Positions 51,149 to 63,049 of a stretch of DNA of 64,000 bases are shown piece by piece; within the stretch, counting starts at the first letter, position 1, and every line of letters starts with the position of its first letter. Position numbers and translations under genes: made by a program. Source of the stretch: Mustelus asterias (lineage: Eukaryota); contig NC_135808.1 in assembly GCF_964213995.1 (NCBI RefSeq), forward strand, positions 40,114,001 through 40,178,000, given 5' to 3'. The notes under the pieces were generated by a model. It made no database searches and was not told where the DNA came from. It saw nothing but the letters and a program-made list of their open reading frames with translations.

Positions 51149-52872
51149 TGTTATCAGATAGAACAATTCATGAGAGGAAGTCAGAGGAAAATCATGTTCA
51201 CTGTTGGCTGAAAATATATGAGCTAGAAAAAAGATTAGAAAAGTAAAGAGAGTTATCAGTGCCCTCCCTCCTTTGTCCCTCTCCCTTACAGTCCCTCTCT
51301 CCTGTGCATGTGCTGATGTCACCATCACTACCTTGGATGCTATGGATCTTCCTTGTCAAATTGCTTGTGGCTCAGGTAGTAATACAGATATTATTACTTT
51401 TGTGGTTCTGATTTTTAATTATTGCTGAGATGCTTCTTCTCTAAGTGATTGATAATAGTATAATATTTCTGGGAGTTTTATAAAGGTGAACTGATGCTTA
51501 TGAACTTTCAAGTTAGGCACCTTTTAAATGGTCAGATGGAGTTTCTGTGAGACAATTAACAGTCAAGGTAATTGGGGAACAGGAAAGCAGTTGTTTGTGA
51601 AAAGCTTTGATTCATGAATTTATGACTCCAAATGTGCCAATGGGTTTTTCTGCTTTGAAATAATAGTTAACAGCACTGAACCCAGAATGACATTTTATAT
51701 TTAAATAAATCATTTATTGTTTTAATTGATCTATATGAGAGGGGCTTGGATTAAAATAGGTTGACAAGGTTGGGCGGCACGGTAGCACAGTGGTTAGCAC
51801 TGCTGCTTCACAGCTCCAGGGACCTGGGTTCGATTCCCGGCTTGGGTCACTGTCTGTGTGGAATTTGCACGTTCTCCCCGTGTCTGCGTGGGTTTCCTCC
51901 GGGTGCTCCGGTTTCCTCCCACAGTCCAAAGACGTGCGAGTTAGGTTGATTGGCTATGCTAAAATTGCCCCTTAATGTCCTGGGATGTGTAGGTTAGAGG
52001 GATTAGCGGGTAAATATGTTGGGATATGGGGTAGGGCCTAGGTGGGATTGTGGTCGGCGCAGACTCGATGGGCCAGACGGCCTCTTTCTGCGCTGTAGGC
52101 TTTCTATCATTCTTCTATTTCTAAGAGGATGTGACTTTATTCATTGCTTCTCCGCATCTGGAAGGAAATATGTATTAATTTACAATGGAACTTCTGAGGA
52201 AGTAAGTGACAGAGCTGTGTCTCTGTTTTCAACCAATAACGAAGGGGTGTCACGTGATGATTTGCATCTTATAGTCAATAGGAGGGGTGAATTTAGACTA
52301 TCTCCAAAAAGGAAGTGCTGAACAATGAGGCTGAGGAATAAAAGTTGGAGAATTAGTGTCTTTGTTGGCACAGTTAAAGCTTCTGGGGTACAACTCATCT
52401 GGATGCAGATCAACATCACTTCAAAGACAAAGAGAGGGACATTGGCTGTGCTGACAACACCTAGAACTCCTACGATCTTGAAAATGTGAAATGTGTATGT
52501 TGTCTTCATTGCTTCTTAAGTATCGGGGAAATACTGCTGAATAAGCTCTACTTGATTTGTAAATATCAGTTATTTCGGAACTCTGCGGGAATTCGGTTTC
52601 AGGATGCATTTTGTCACCCGGATCCGATTCCTGTACTCTGCCGCAGAGTGTCTGACGAAGTTAAAGGGTCCCTGACGGCGCCCCTTCGCTTTGGGAGATG
52701 GTGACATCAGAGCACGCACAGGAGAGGGGGACGGTAAGGGAGAACAGTACAAGAGGGAGGGCACTGATAACTGTCTTTACTTTTCTAACCATTTTTCTAG
52801 CTCATATTTTCAGCCAACAGTGAACATGATTTTCCTCTGACTTCCACTCATGAATTGTTCTATCTGATAACA
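51149..52872. repeat. ~177-bp imperfect inverted repeat (51149-51326 / 52697-52872) enclosing a SINE
   Basis: Arms are reverse complements with scattered mismatches. Confidence 0.9.
51772..52122 (+). mobile_element. HE1-type SINE
   Basis: Full head, core and tail. Confidence 0.92.
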
Positions 52873-53514
52873 TCTGTAGGTCAAGCACAGCTGAGGACCC
52901 AAGTGTTAGAAATTAAAATTTCAGACCTTAAGAGTTTTCTTTATTTGATAGGGTTTTATACCTCAAAACCTTACACTGCTTCCTCAGCAAAACCTCTTCC
53001 TTGGTCCCATCCATCTTGATGGTCTCCACATGGACCATGACAACATGATTCTTCCCCTCACCAGCCCCGAGGAGATATCCATAACATTCATCCAGCTTTG
53101 GTTCCTTGCAAAATTCAACTGAAACTAATCCTCACCCACCTTCCATGCAGCCAGTGATGATGTTAGGGTTTTATTTTGGTTAGAGTGCATGTCTGTCTAA
53201 GCTCACCTATCTCAATGACAATATAGCCATCTCTGGCTTATCCTCAAAATGAACTTTAAATGAATTATCCTGAATATCTGATCTGATGAAGGAAATGGGA
53301 TTTCCAGCTTTTTAAGGTTCACTGATTTTAAACTATATAAGCTTCAACTCCCAAAACACACCAATCTTTCTGGAATTATAGATTCATAGAATCTCTGCAC
53401 TGCAGAAGGAGGCCATTCATTCCATCAAGACCAACAACAACCCCACCCAACCTTACATATGCTTCCTTTCCTTTTGACTATGGAGGAATTATTTGATTAT
53501 TTGACTGTGAAGCA

Positions 53515-53852
53515 GCAGTGGTTAGCACTGCTGCTTCACAGCTCCAGGGACCTGGGTTCGATTCCCGGCTTGGGTCACTGTCTGTGTGGAGTTTGCACAT
53601 TCTCCTCATGTCTGCGTGGGTTTCCTCCGGGTGCTCCGGTTTCCTCCCACAGTCCAAAGATGTGCGGGTTAGGTTGATTGGCCATGCTAAAATTGCTCCT
53701 TAGTGTCCTGAGATGCGTAGGTTAGAGGGATTAGTGGGTAAATATGTAGGGATATGGGGGTAGGGCCTGGGTGGGATTGTGGTCGGTGCAGACTCGATGG
53801 GCCAAATGGCCTCTTTCTGTACTGTAGGGTTTCTATGATTTCTTTCTATGAT
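53515..53852 (+). mobile_element. HE1-type SINE, slightly 5'-truncated
   Basis: Core and CTATGATT tail. Confidence 0.9.
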
Positions 53853-54360
53853 GACTAAATTTCACAAGTTTCATTGTCCAAGGGTCCCTTACTTTACCAT
53901 CCTTGTCCTTCCTCCTTACTGGAACATGCTGGCCCTGAACTCTAATCAGGTCTTTAAATAACACCCACCATGTCAAGTCTGGACTCGCCCAATATCGGTT
54001 GCTCCCAATTAACTCTCTCTAGCTCTTGGCTAATACTGCTGTAGTTTGCCCTCCTCCAAGTTAATACTTTCTCGCAAGGTCCTGACTTATCTTTGTTCGT
54101 AACTATCTTAAAACTTAAGGAGTTGCAACCACTATTTCCAAAATGCTCTCCCACCGAAAAGTCGAGTCACCTGACCAGGCTCATTTGCCAATACAAGGTC
54201 CAGTATAGCCCCTCCTCGAGTTGGACTATCAAATACCATTTCAAGAAACGCTCTTGAATGCATCTGACAAATTCTGTCATGTCTCAGCCTCTTGCTCGAG
54301 CGGGGTCCCAGTCAATATTGGGGAAGTTTAACAACACCATGTTAAAGTCCAACAGGTTTA

Positions 54361-54840
54361 TTTTTTTTATACTTTTACAATTCAATCAAATCAAGTCCAA
54401 TTCAGAGTCTCAACAAGTTGAGACATTTCCAATTCAAGCTGACAAGACAGGGTGTGCAACCCCTGTCTTGAGCCTGATCTACATGAGCCAAGCTGATTGG
54501 AGGAGGCACAGGTCTCTCTCCTCCAAGGCTTGATCTCATTTGCATCTCAGCCAAAAAGCCAAGATGCTACTTTAAAAAATTGCTTCATATGAAAATGAAG
54601 CTTAAATGTAACTTAATAACCCCAACCAAGTGCAGCATTCAATCTATACTACTAATACTGCTGTAGTTTGCCCTCCTCCAAGTTAATACTTTCTCGCAAG
54701 GTTCTGACTTATCTTTGTTCGTAACTATCTTAAAACTTAAGGAGTTGCAATCACTATTTCCAAAATGCTCTCCCACCGAAAAGTCAAGTCACCTAGTATA
54801 CAATTGTATACTACACCTGATCTTAGCCAAAAGGCCAAGA
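54361..54840 (-). mobile_element. U2 snRNA-headed structured element (copy 2, rearranged)
   Basis: U2 nt ~7-39 at 54840-54808; body 54652-54361 ending in oligo(A). Confidence 0.7.
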
Positions 54841-54957
54841 GTACTTTAACCTGGTGTTGTTAAACTTCTGACTGTGTTTACCCCAGTCCAATGCCAGCAT
54901 CCCCACAGGATAGTCAGACTGCCTGAACATTAGTGTGGACATTATGCAATGTAATTA

Positions 54958-55214
54958 TTATAAATTCTGCTCCTTCACTCACCATCTCCTCACTTGGTTT
55001 TCAGTCCCTACAGGAAGTGAAGCAGCTGTGAGAGTGGCAAGATTAAAGAAATTCATGTTACTCCAGAAATATTTGGATTGGCTGTGAGAGACGTCAATCA
55101 GAGAGCCCACCCACTCTGCCCATTCCCTCCTCTTCCTCTTTCACAGCTGCTTCACTTCCTGTAGGGACTGAAAACCAAGTGAGGAGATGGTGAGTGAAGG
55201 AGCAGAATTTATAA
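54958..55214. repeat. Perfect 74-bp inverted repeat with 109-bp spacer
   Basis: 54958-55031 is the reverse complement of 55141-55214. Confidence 0.95.
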
Positions 55215-55229
55215 CATACGTTGGAAAGT

Positions 55230-56860
55230 AAGTTCTGAAGACGAGATAGAGAATCAGCAGATAGATGTGAATAGGTTAAATGAGTGGGCAAATGGAGTAT
55301 AATGTGGGAAAATGTGAACTTGCCCATGTCGGCAGGAACAAACACAGCAATATACTTTGGAAATAGAGAGATTACAAAACTCAGTGGCAGAGAGGGATCT
55401 GGGTGTCCTGTTACACAAATCACATAAAGTTAGTCTGCAGGTACAAGTGATTAAGGAGGCAAATAGAATATTGGTGTTTATTGCAAAGGGAATGGAGTAT
55501 TTTTCACTGCAGCTGTACAGGGCTTTGGTGAGGCCACATCTGGACTCGTGTACAGTTTTGGTCTCTTTTTTTAAAAAAGGATACAATTGTGTTAGAAGCA
55601 CTTCAGAGAAGGTTCACTAGACTCATTGCTGGGATGAAGTGTTTATCTCTGAAGAAAGGTTGAATAGGTTGGGCCTACTGGAGTTGAATGTTTCTTTATT
55701 AGTGTCACAAGTAGGCTGATATTAACACTGCAGTGAAGTTACTGTGAAAATCCCCTGATCCCCACTGGCACCTGTTTGGGTACACTGAGAGAATTTAGCA
55801 TAGTCAATGCACGTCTATTAAAAGATCAGCATGTCTTCTGAACTGTGGGAGGAAACCCATGCAGACATGGGGAGAATGTGCAGACTGCACAGAGAGTGAC
55901 CCAAAACAGGAATTGAACCTGGGTCCCTGGCGCTATGAGGCTGCAGTGCTAACTAGTGTGCCACAGTACACAAATGAGAAATTCCCTAACTAGAAATATA
56001 AAGAATGAGAGTTGATTTAATGCAATATAGAAGTTCCTGAGGGGATTTGGCAGAATGGATCATGGGAAGATGTTTTCTCTTGTGGGGGAGTCTAGCATAG
56101 GAGAGACAGGCTTAGAATGAGAGACTCCCTTTAAAGGCAGAGATGAGACTTTTATTTCTCTCTGGAATCTATGGAATTTTCATCTCCAGAAAGCAGAGTT
56201 GGGTCACTGATTTTTATACTGAGTTTGATACATTTTTGATAAAGAACAGAGTCAAGTGTTATGGGAGGCAGACAGGAAAGCCATGATCGTATCAAAAGAC
56301 CTAAGAGCCAAATGGCCTATTTTCCTGTGATGTATCAATTACATAATTTATTCAAGCCTTTGAATTATTTTTAATACAGTGATACAACATGGTTTTGGAG
56401 AGAGTTGCCTGGTATGGAGGGCATTAGCGATGAGGAGAGGCTGGAGAAACTTGGTTTGTTCTCACTGGAACGACAGAGGTTGAGGGGCAACCTGATAGAA
56501 GTGGACAAGATTATGAGAGGCATGGACAGAGCAGATAGTCAGAAGCTTTTTCCCAGCGTGGAAGAGTCAATTACTAGGGGGCATGGATTTAAGGTGCGAG
56601 GAGCAAGATTTAAAGAAAATGTACGAGGCAAGTTTTTTCACATAGAGGGTGGTGGGCGCCTGGAACTCGCTGCCGGGGGAGGTAATGGAAGCAGATATGA
56701 TAGTGAGTTTTAAGGGGCGGCTGGACAAATACACTTATAGGATGGGAATAGAGGGATATGGTCCCTGGAAGGTAGAGGGTTTTAGTTCAGCCAGGCAGCA
56801 TGGTCGGTGCAGGGTTGGAGGGCCGAAGGACCTGTTCCTGTGCTGTAATTTTCTTTGTTC
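55230..56860 (+). mobile_element. Degenerate CR1 fragments with a nested minus-strand SINE (~55690-55965)
   Basis: ERDLGVL, LYRALVRPHL, ERLEKLGLFSLE remnants. Confidence 0.8.
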
Positions 56861-56919
56861 CACAAGTAGGCTTACAGTCGGACTGCAATGAAGTTATTGC
56901 GAAAATTCCCTGGTCACCA

Positions 56920-59772
56920 TAAAGAACAATACAGCACAGGAACAGGCCCTTCGGCCCTCCAAGCCTGCGCCGCTCCCTGGTCCAAACTAGACCATTCTTT
57001 TGTATCCCTCCATTCCCACTCCGTTCATGTGGCTATCTGGGAAAAAGCTTCCCACCGTTCACCCTATCTATGCCTTTCATAATTTTATACACCTCAATTA
57101 GGTCACCCCTCATCCTCCGTCTTTCCATGAGAACAACCCCAGTTTACCCAATCTCTCCTCATAACTAAGCCCTTCCATACCAGGCAACATCCTGGTAAAC
57201 CTCCTCTGCACTCTCTCTGAAGCCTCCACGTCCTTTTGATAGTGTGGCGACCAGAACTGGGCGCAGTATTCCAAATGCGGCCGAACCAACGTTCTATACA
57301 ACCGCAACATCAGACCCCAACTTTTATACTCTATGCCCCGTCCTGTAAAGGCAAGCATGCCATATGCCTTCTTCACTACCTTCTCCATCTGTGCCGTCAC
57401 CTTCAAGGATCTGTGGACTTGCACACCCAGGTCCCTCTGCATATCTACACCCTTTATGGTTCTGCCATTTATCGTATAGCTCCCCCCTACGTTAGTTCTA
57501 CCAAAATGCATCACTTCGCATTTATCTGAATTGAACTCCATCTGCCATTTCTTTGCCCAAATTTCCAGCCTATCTATATCTTTCTGTAGCCGCTGACAAT
57601 GCTCCTCACTATCTGCAAGTCCAGCCATTTTCGTGTCGTCCGCAAACTTACTGATCACCCCAGTCACACCTTCTTCCAGATCATTTATATAAATCACAAA
57701 CAGCAGAGGTCCCAATACAGAGCCCTGCGGAACACCACTAGTCACAGGCATCCAGCTGGAAAAAGACCCTTCCACTACCACCCTCTGTCTTCTGTGACCA
57801 AGCCAGTTCTCTACCCAGCTAGCCACCTCCCCCTTTATCCCATGAGATCCAACCTTTTTCACCAACCTACCATGAGGGACTTTGTCAAACACTTTACTAA
57901 AGTCCATATGGACACATCCATGGCCCTTCCCTCGTCAACCATTCTAGTCACTACTTCAAAAAACTCCACCAGGTTTGTGGAGGTTAGTGAGGCATGAACT
58001 CCCTCTCACAAAACCATGCTGACTATCGTTAATGAGTTTATTCCTTTCTAAATGCGCATACATCCTATCTCTAAAAATCCTCTCCAACAACCTCCCTACC
58101 ACGTACGTCAAGCTCACGTCCAAAGACGTGCGGGTTAGGTTGATTGGCCAGGTTAAAAATTGTCCCTGAGAATCCTGGGATGTGTAGGTTAGAGGGATTA
58201 GCGGGTAAATATGTGGGGGTAGGGCCTGGGTGGGATTGTGGTCGGTGCAGACTCGATGGGCCGAATGGCCTCCTTCTGCACTGTAGGGTTTCTATGATTT
58301 CTATAATTTCCCGGGTTATCCTTCCTACCCTTCTTAAATAACGGGACAACATTAGCTATCCTCCAATCCTCTGGGACCCCACCTGTGTCCAGTGACGAGA
58401 CAAAGATTTGCGTCAGAGGCCCAGCGATTTCATCTCTCGTCTCCCTGAGCAGCCTTGGATAGATTCCATCAGGCCCTGGGGATTTGTGAGTCTTTATATT
58501 CCCTAAAAAACCTAACACTTCCTCCCTTGTAATGGAGATTTTCTCTAATGGATCAACATTCCCCTCCGAGACACTCCCAGACAACACATCCCTCTCCTTT
58601 GTGAATACCGACGCAAAGTATTCATTTAGGATCTCCCCTACTTCTTTGGGCTCTCAGCATAATTCCCCACTTTTGTCCCTGGGAGGTCCGATTTTTTTCC
58701 CTGACAACACTTTTGCTCCTAACGTATGAATAAAATGCCTTGGGATTCTCCTTAATCCTGTCTGCCAAGGATTTTTCGTGATCCCTTTTTGCCCTTCTAA
58801 TTCCTCGTTTGAGTTCTTTCCTACTTCCTTTGTATTCCTGCAGAGCGCCCTCCATTTTTAGCTGCCTGGACCTAACATACGCCACTCTTTTCTTTATGAC
58901 CAATCGCTCAATTTCCCTGGTTATCCACGGTTCTTGAATCCTACCCTTCCTATCCTTTTTTACAAGCACATGCCTAACCTGCAGCCCTAACAACTGTTCC
59001 TTAAAAGACTCCCACATGCCAGGTGTGGATTTACCGTCAAACAGCCTCTCCCAATCAACAGCTGCCAAATTCTGCCTAATCCGGCTTAAGTTAGCCTTCC
59101 CCCAATCCAGCACCTTACCCTTGGGACACCACTTATCCTTTTCCATCACTATCCTAAAGCTAACAGAATTGTGGTCACTATTTGCCACATGTTCCCCTAC
59201 CGAAACTTTGAAGACCTGACCGGGCTCATTCCCCAGTACCAGGTCCAGTATAGCCCCCTCTCTAGTCGGGCTATCTACATATTGTTCCAAAGAACCTTCC
59301 TGTACGCATTTTACAAATGCCTCCCCATTCAAACTCCCAGCCCTACGCGATTTCCAGTCTATACCACGGAAATTGAAGTCTCCCACTACAACAACCCTAT
59401 TTTTCCTGCACCTATCCATTATCTCCTGACATATCCGTTCTTCCACTTCCCTTGGGCTGTTGGGGGGCCTGTAGTATACCCCCAACATAGTGACTGCGCC
59501 CTTCCTGTTTCTGAGCTCCACCCACAGTGACTCGTTACACGACCCCTCTGAATTGTCCTCCCTCTGCACCGCTGTAATATGCTCTCTAACAAATACTGCT
59601 ACTCCCCCACCTCTTTTGGCCCCTCCTCTGTCTCGCCTAAAACACTTGTACCCCGGAATATTTAGCTGCCAGTCCTGTCCCTCTTTCAACCAAGTCTCTG
59701 TCACCGCAACCACATCCAAATTCCTCATCAGCATTAAGGCCCTAAGTTCATCTGTCTTACCTGCTACGCTAC
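56920..59772 (-). mobile_element. CR1 LINE ORF2 (APE + RT), frameshifted, with SINE tail fragment 58119-58305
   Basis: ORFs 58622-59779 (VTETWL, GVYYRPP, GDFN, SDH), 58198-58587, 57110-57907. Confidence 0.95.
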
Positions 59773-60239
59773 CTACCATGCTCTAGTGCCTGTTCGGGTA
59801 CACTGAGGGAGAATTTAGCATGCCCAATGCACCTAACCAGCACATCTTTTGGACTGTGGGAAGAAAGCAGAGCACCCAGAGGAAACTCATGCAGACATGG
59901 GGAGAATGTGGTACTCCACACAGTCACCCAAGGCCGATATTGAACTTTGGTTCCTGGCGCTGCGAAGTTGAAGAAGCCACGACAAAAAATGTGTTATTTG
60001 ACCTTGTGATGTTAATTCAATCAAGACTCATGCCTTCCATTGATTTACTTTAATAAGCCTGACTCTTTTAATTAAAATCTAATTCTAACACCTCAAAACT
60101 ACCAACAGAGAGAGATCAGAAGAGCGAGGAGCATTGTGGGCAGCATGGTGGCACAATAATAGCATTGCTACTTCACAGCACCAGGAACCAAGGTTCAATA
60201 CCAACCTTGGTATTATCAGCAAATCCAGCTAGCTATAGA

Positions 60240-60707
60240 CAATTCTATCATAAGGGGAGACATACGTTTCAGTGGCCACAGACGTGACAATACAATGGTA
60301 TATTGCCTCCCTGGTTCCAGAATCAAGATTGTCACTGAGCAGCTGCAGGACTGAAGGGGGAGGTTGTGACAAGTTGTGGTCCATATTGGTACCAACAACA
60401 CAGCTAACAAGATGGATGAGGTTCTGAAAGGTGAATACAGATAGTTGGGCAATAAATTAAAAGGCAGGACCTTAAATGTAGCCATCTCAGGGATTACACC
60501 CAGTGCCATGTGCTAGCAAATGCAGGAATAGGAGAACAGGCAAAATGAATGTGTGGCTGGAGTGATGGTGGAAGAGGTATGGATTTGGATTCCTGAAGCA
60601 TTGGGACCAATTCTCGGGAAGACGAGACCTATACAAGCTGGATGGGATGCATCCCAAGAGAACTGGGAACAATATCCTTGCAGGGGTATTGCTGGTACTG
60701 TTGGGAG
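60240..60707 (+). mobile_element. Degenerate CR1 ORF1 (SGNH esterase-like) remnant; ORF2 start resumes at ~62500-62830
   Basis: CLPG.RI, VVVHIGTN remnants; later YLNA..IV...L.A, ATTETWL. Confidence 0.6.
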
Positions 60708-61234
60708 TGTTATGAACCCCACTGATGTTAGATGCGAGGGTATCCCTAAACTTGAAAGAAAATCCCTTGCTTTAAAGCACCACCCCATGAAGTGTATTTT
60801 CATAAGCCAAATCCAGCAAATAGTTACCACACAATTGATCTTTATTTCAAAAGCCGCTGCCTTGGATTCAGTGTAGAATCATGCAAGTTTTCAAAACAAC
60901 AGCTTTTGGCACAAACTTGCTCTCATTTCCAGCTGGGCTTGGCTATGATCTTAGCTGTTTAACCTGCTGCTCATCTCCTGCAGTACAAAGCTAATCCTGC
61001 CACTGAAATACTGTTGTTCACCTTTGATGTTATTCTATCCAAAGAACACCTTACAAAACCATGTTTGTAGCATGTAAGTGTGACATGCATTCTTATGTCT
61101 CCACTTTGAACACATCTCATCTATTTTTAACACTTGTAATTCGATAACCTATTGTTCTTCATGTCACTTAAGTGAATATGTTGCCCTGCTGTTAAGCTAA
61201 TTGGTACTGTTAGGAGTGTTATGAACCCCGTGTG

Positions 61235-62354
61235 TTATGAGCATCCACGGATGCTCGGATGAGGAGGATCGCAACAGACACCTCCAGACGCTGAAATATG
61301 CCCTCATAAGAACAGGATATGGCGCTCGACTCATCGATCAACAGTTCCGATGCGCCACAGCGAAAAACCGCACCGACCTCCTCAGAAGACAAACACGGGA
61401 CACGGTGGACAGAGTACCCTTCATCGTCCAGTACTTCCCCGGAGCGGAGAAGCTACGGCATCTCCTCCGGAGCCTTCAACATGTCATTGATGAAGACGAA
61501 CATCTCGCCAAGGCCATCCCCACACTCCCACTTCTTGCCTTCAAACAACCACGCAACCTCAAACAGACCATTGTCCGCAGCAAACTACCCAGCCTTCAGG
61601 AGAACAGTGACCACGAGACCACATAACCCTGCCACAGCAACCTCTGCAAGACGTGCCAGATCATCGACACGGATGCCATCATCTCACGTGAGAACACCAT
61701 CTACCAGGTACACGGTACCTACTCTTGCAACTCGGCCAACGTTGTCTACCTGATACGCTGCAAGAAAGGATGTCCCGAGGCATGGTACATTGGGGAAACC
61801 ATGCAGACGCTACGACAACGGATGAATGAACACCGCTCGACAATCACCAGGCAAGACTGTTCTCTTCCTGTGGGGGAGCAGTTCAGCAGTCATGGGCATT
61901 CAGCCTTGGATCTTCAGGTAAGCGTTCTCCAAGGCGGCCTTCACGACACACGACAGTGCAGAGTCGCTGAGCAGAAACTGATAGCCAAGTTCCGCACACA
62001 TGAGGACGGCCTAAACCGGGATGTTGGATTTATGTCACATTATCAGTAACCCCCACAGCTTGCCTCCTGGACTTGCAGAATTTCACTAGCTGTTCTGTCT
62101 GGAGACAATACACATCTCTTTAACCTGTGTTGAATGCTCCCTCCACCCACATTGTCTGTACATTTAAGACCTGGTTGGCTGTAGAGATTTGCATTCTAAT
62201 CAGTATTCTGTAATTTGATTTCTGTGTCTGTTTGCACTGTTTGAGAACAGATATCCACTCCATCTGACGAAGGAGCTGTGCTCCGAAAGCTTATGGTATT
62301 TGCTACCAAATAAACCTGTTGGACTTTAACCTGGTGTTGTGAGACTTCTTACTG
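61235..62354 (+). mobile_element. Penelope-like element of a second subfamily (RT C-terminus, GIY-YIG, pLTR)
   Basis: CSDEEDRNRHLQTLK.AL.RTGY, RVPFIVQYFPG, VVYLIRC..YIGET; 13-bp TSD TGTTAAGCTAATT at 61190-61202 and 62355-62367. Confidence 0.92.
62260..62296 (+). ncRNA. Minimal hammerhead ribozyme motif in Penelope pLTR
   Basis: ccat-CTGACGA-a-GGAGC-tgt-GCTCC-GAAA-GCTT-atgg, with perfect stems I and II. Confidence 0.8.
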
Positions 62355-63049
62355 TGTTAAGCTAATTTACAGACCAAACCCACCCCCCCATCGAGACAGC
62401 TGCACTCTTTTCAATTCCCACTTTTATCCAATTTTTAAAAACATTACTTTATCCAATACTTCTTTAATCTTCATTTTATTCAAATAAATTGACCTTAGGA
62501 TTTAAACTAGAGTGATGGGAAATGGGAGTCTGCATAGGGAAACACAAGAGAGGGAGGAAAGTTAGAAATGAGCAACAGAAAAACAGAAAAAAGATGTAAT
62601 GAAGAGGAAGCAAGGGCTAGCAGCAAATAGATCTACAATACAAAATATCATGTATAAATTGTTAAAAAGACAAGTCTCATGGCACTGTATCTGAATGCAT
62701 GGAATAGTCACGATAAATAAGGTGGATAATTAACAGCACAAATTGGTATACATGGGTATGATACAATTGCGACGACAGAGACATGGCTTCAGGGTGACCA
62801 AGGTTAGGAACTACATAGTCAAGGTATTCAATATTTAGGAAGTGTAGCAGGGGATGCTGAAACCCCTGCTTATTAAGGGGCTTTTGAAACAAAGTAGACT
62901 GGTCTAAAATAGGGATCATAATGTGCTATATATATACAAAAGGTACCACGATGTGCTTCATACATATGTCATATAAAGATATTGTTTATTGAACACAATA
63001 TAATCAATAGAAGTGAATTTTTAACAAATATTGTGATTTTAAAATAGTT

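Noticed and set aside
51772-51850. tRNA genes at SINE heads
   Set aside because: They continue into SINE core and tail sequence and recur as dispersed repeats
60708-62497. Solo LTR hosting the third Penelope copy
   Set aside because: Starts with TG and interrupts a CR1 remnant, but I could not find a CA end or TSD
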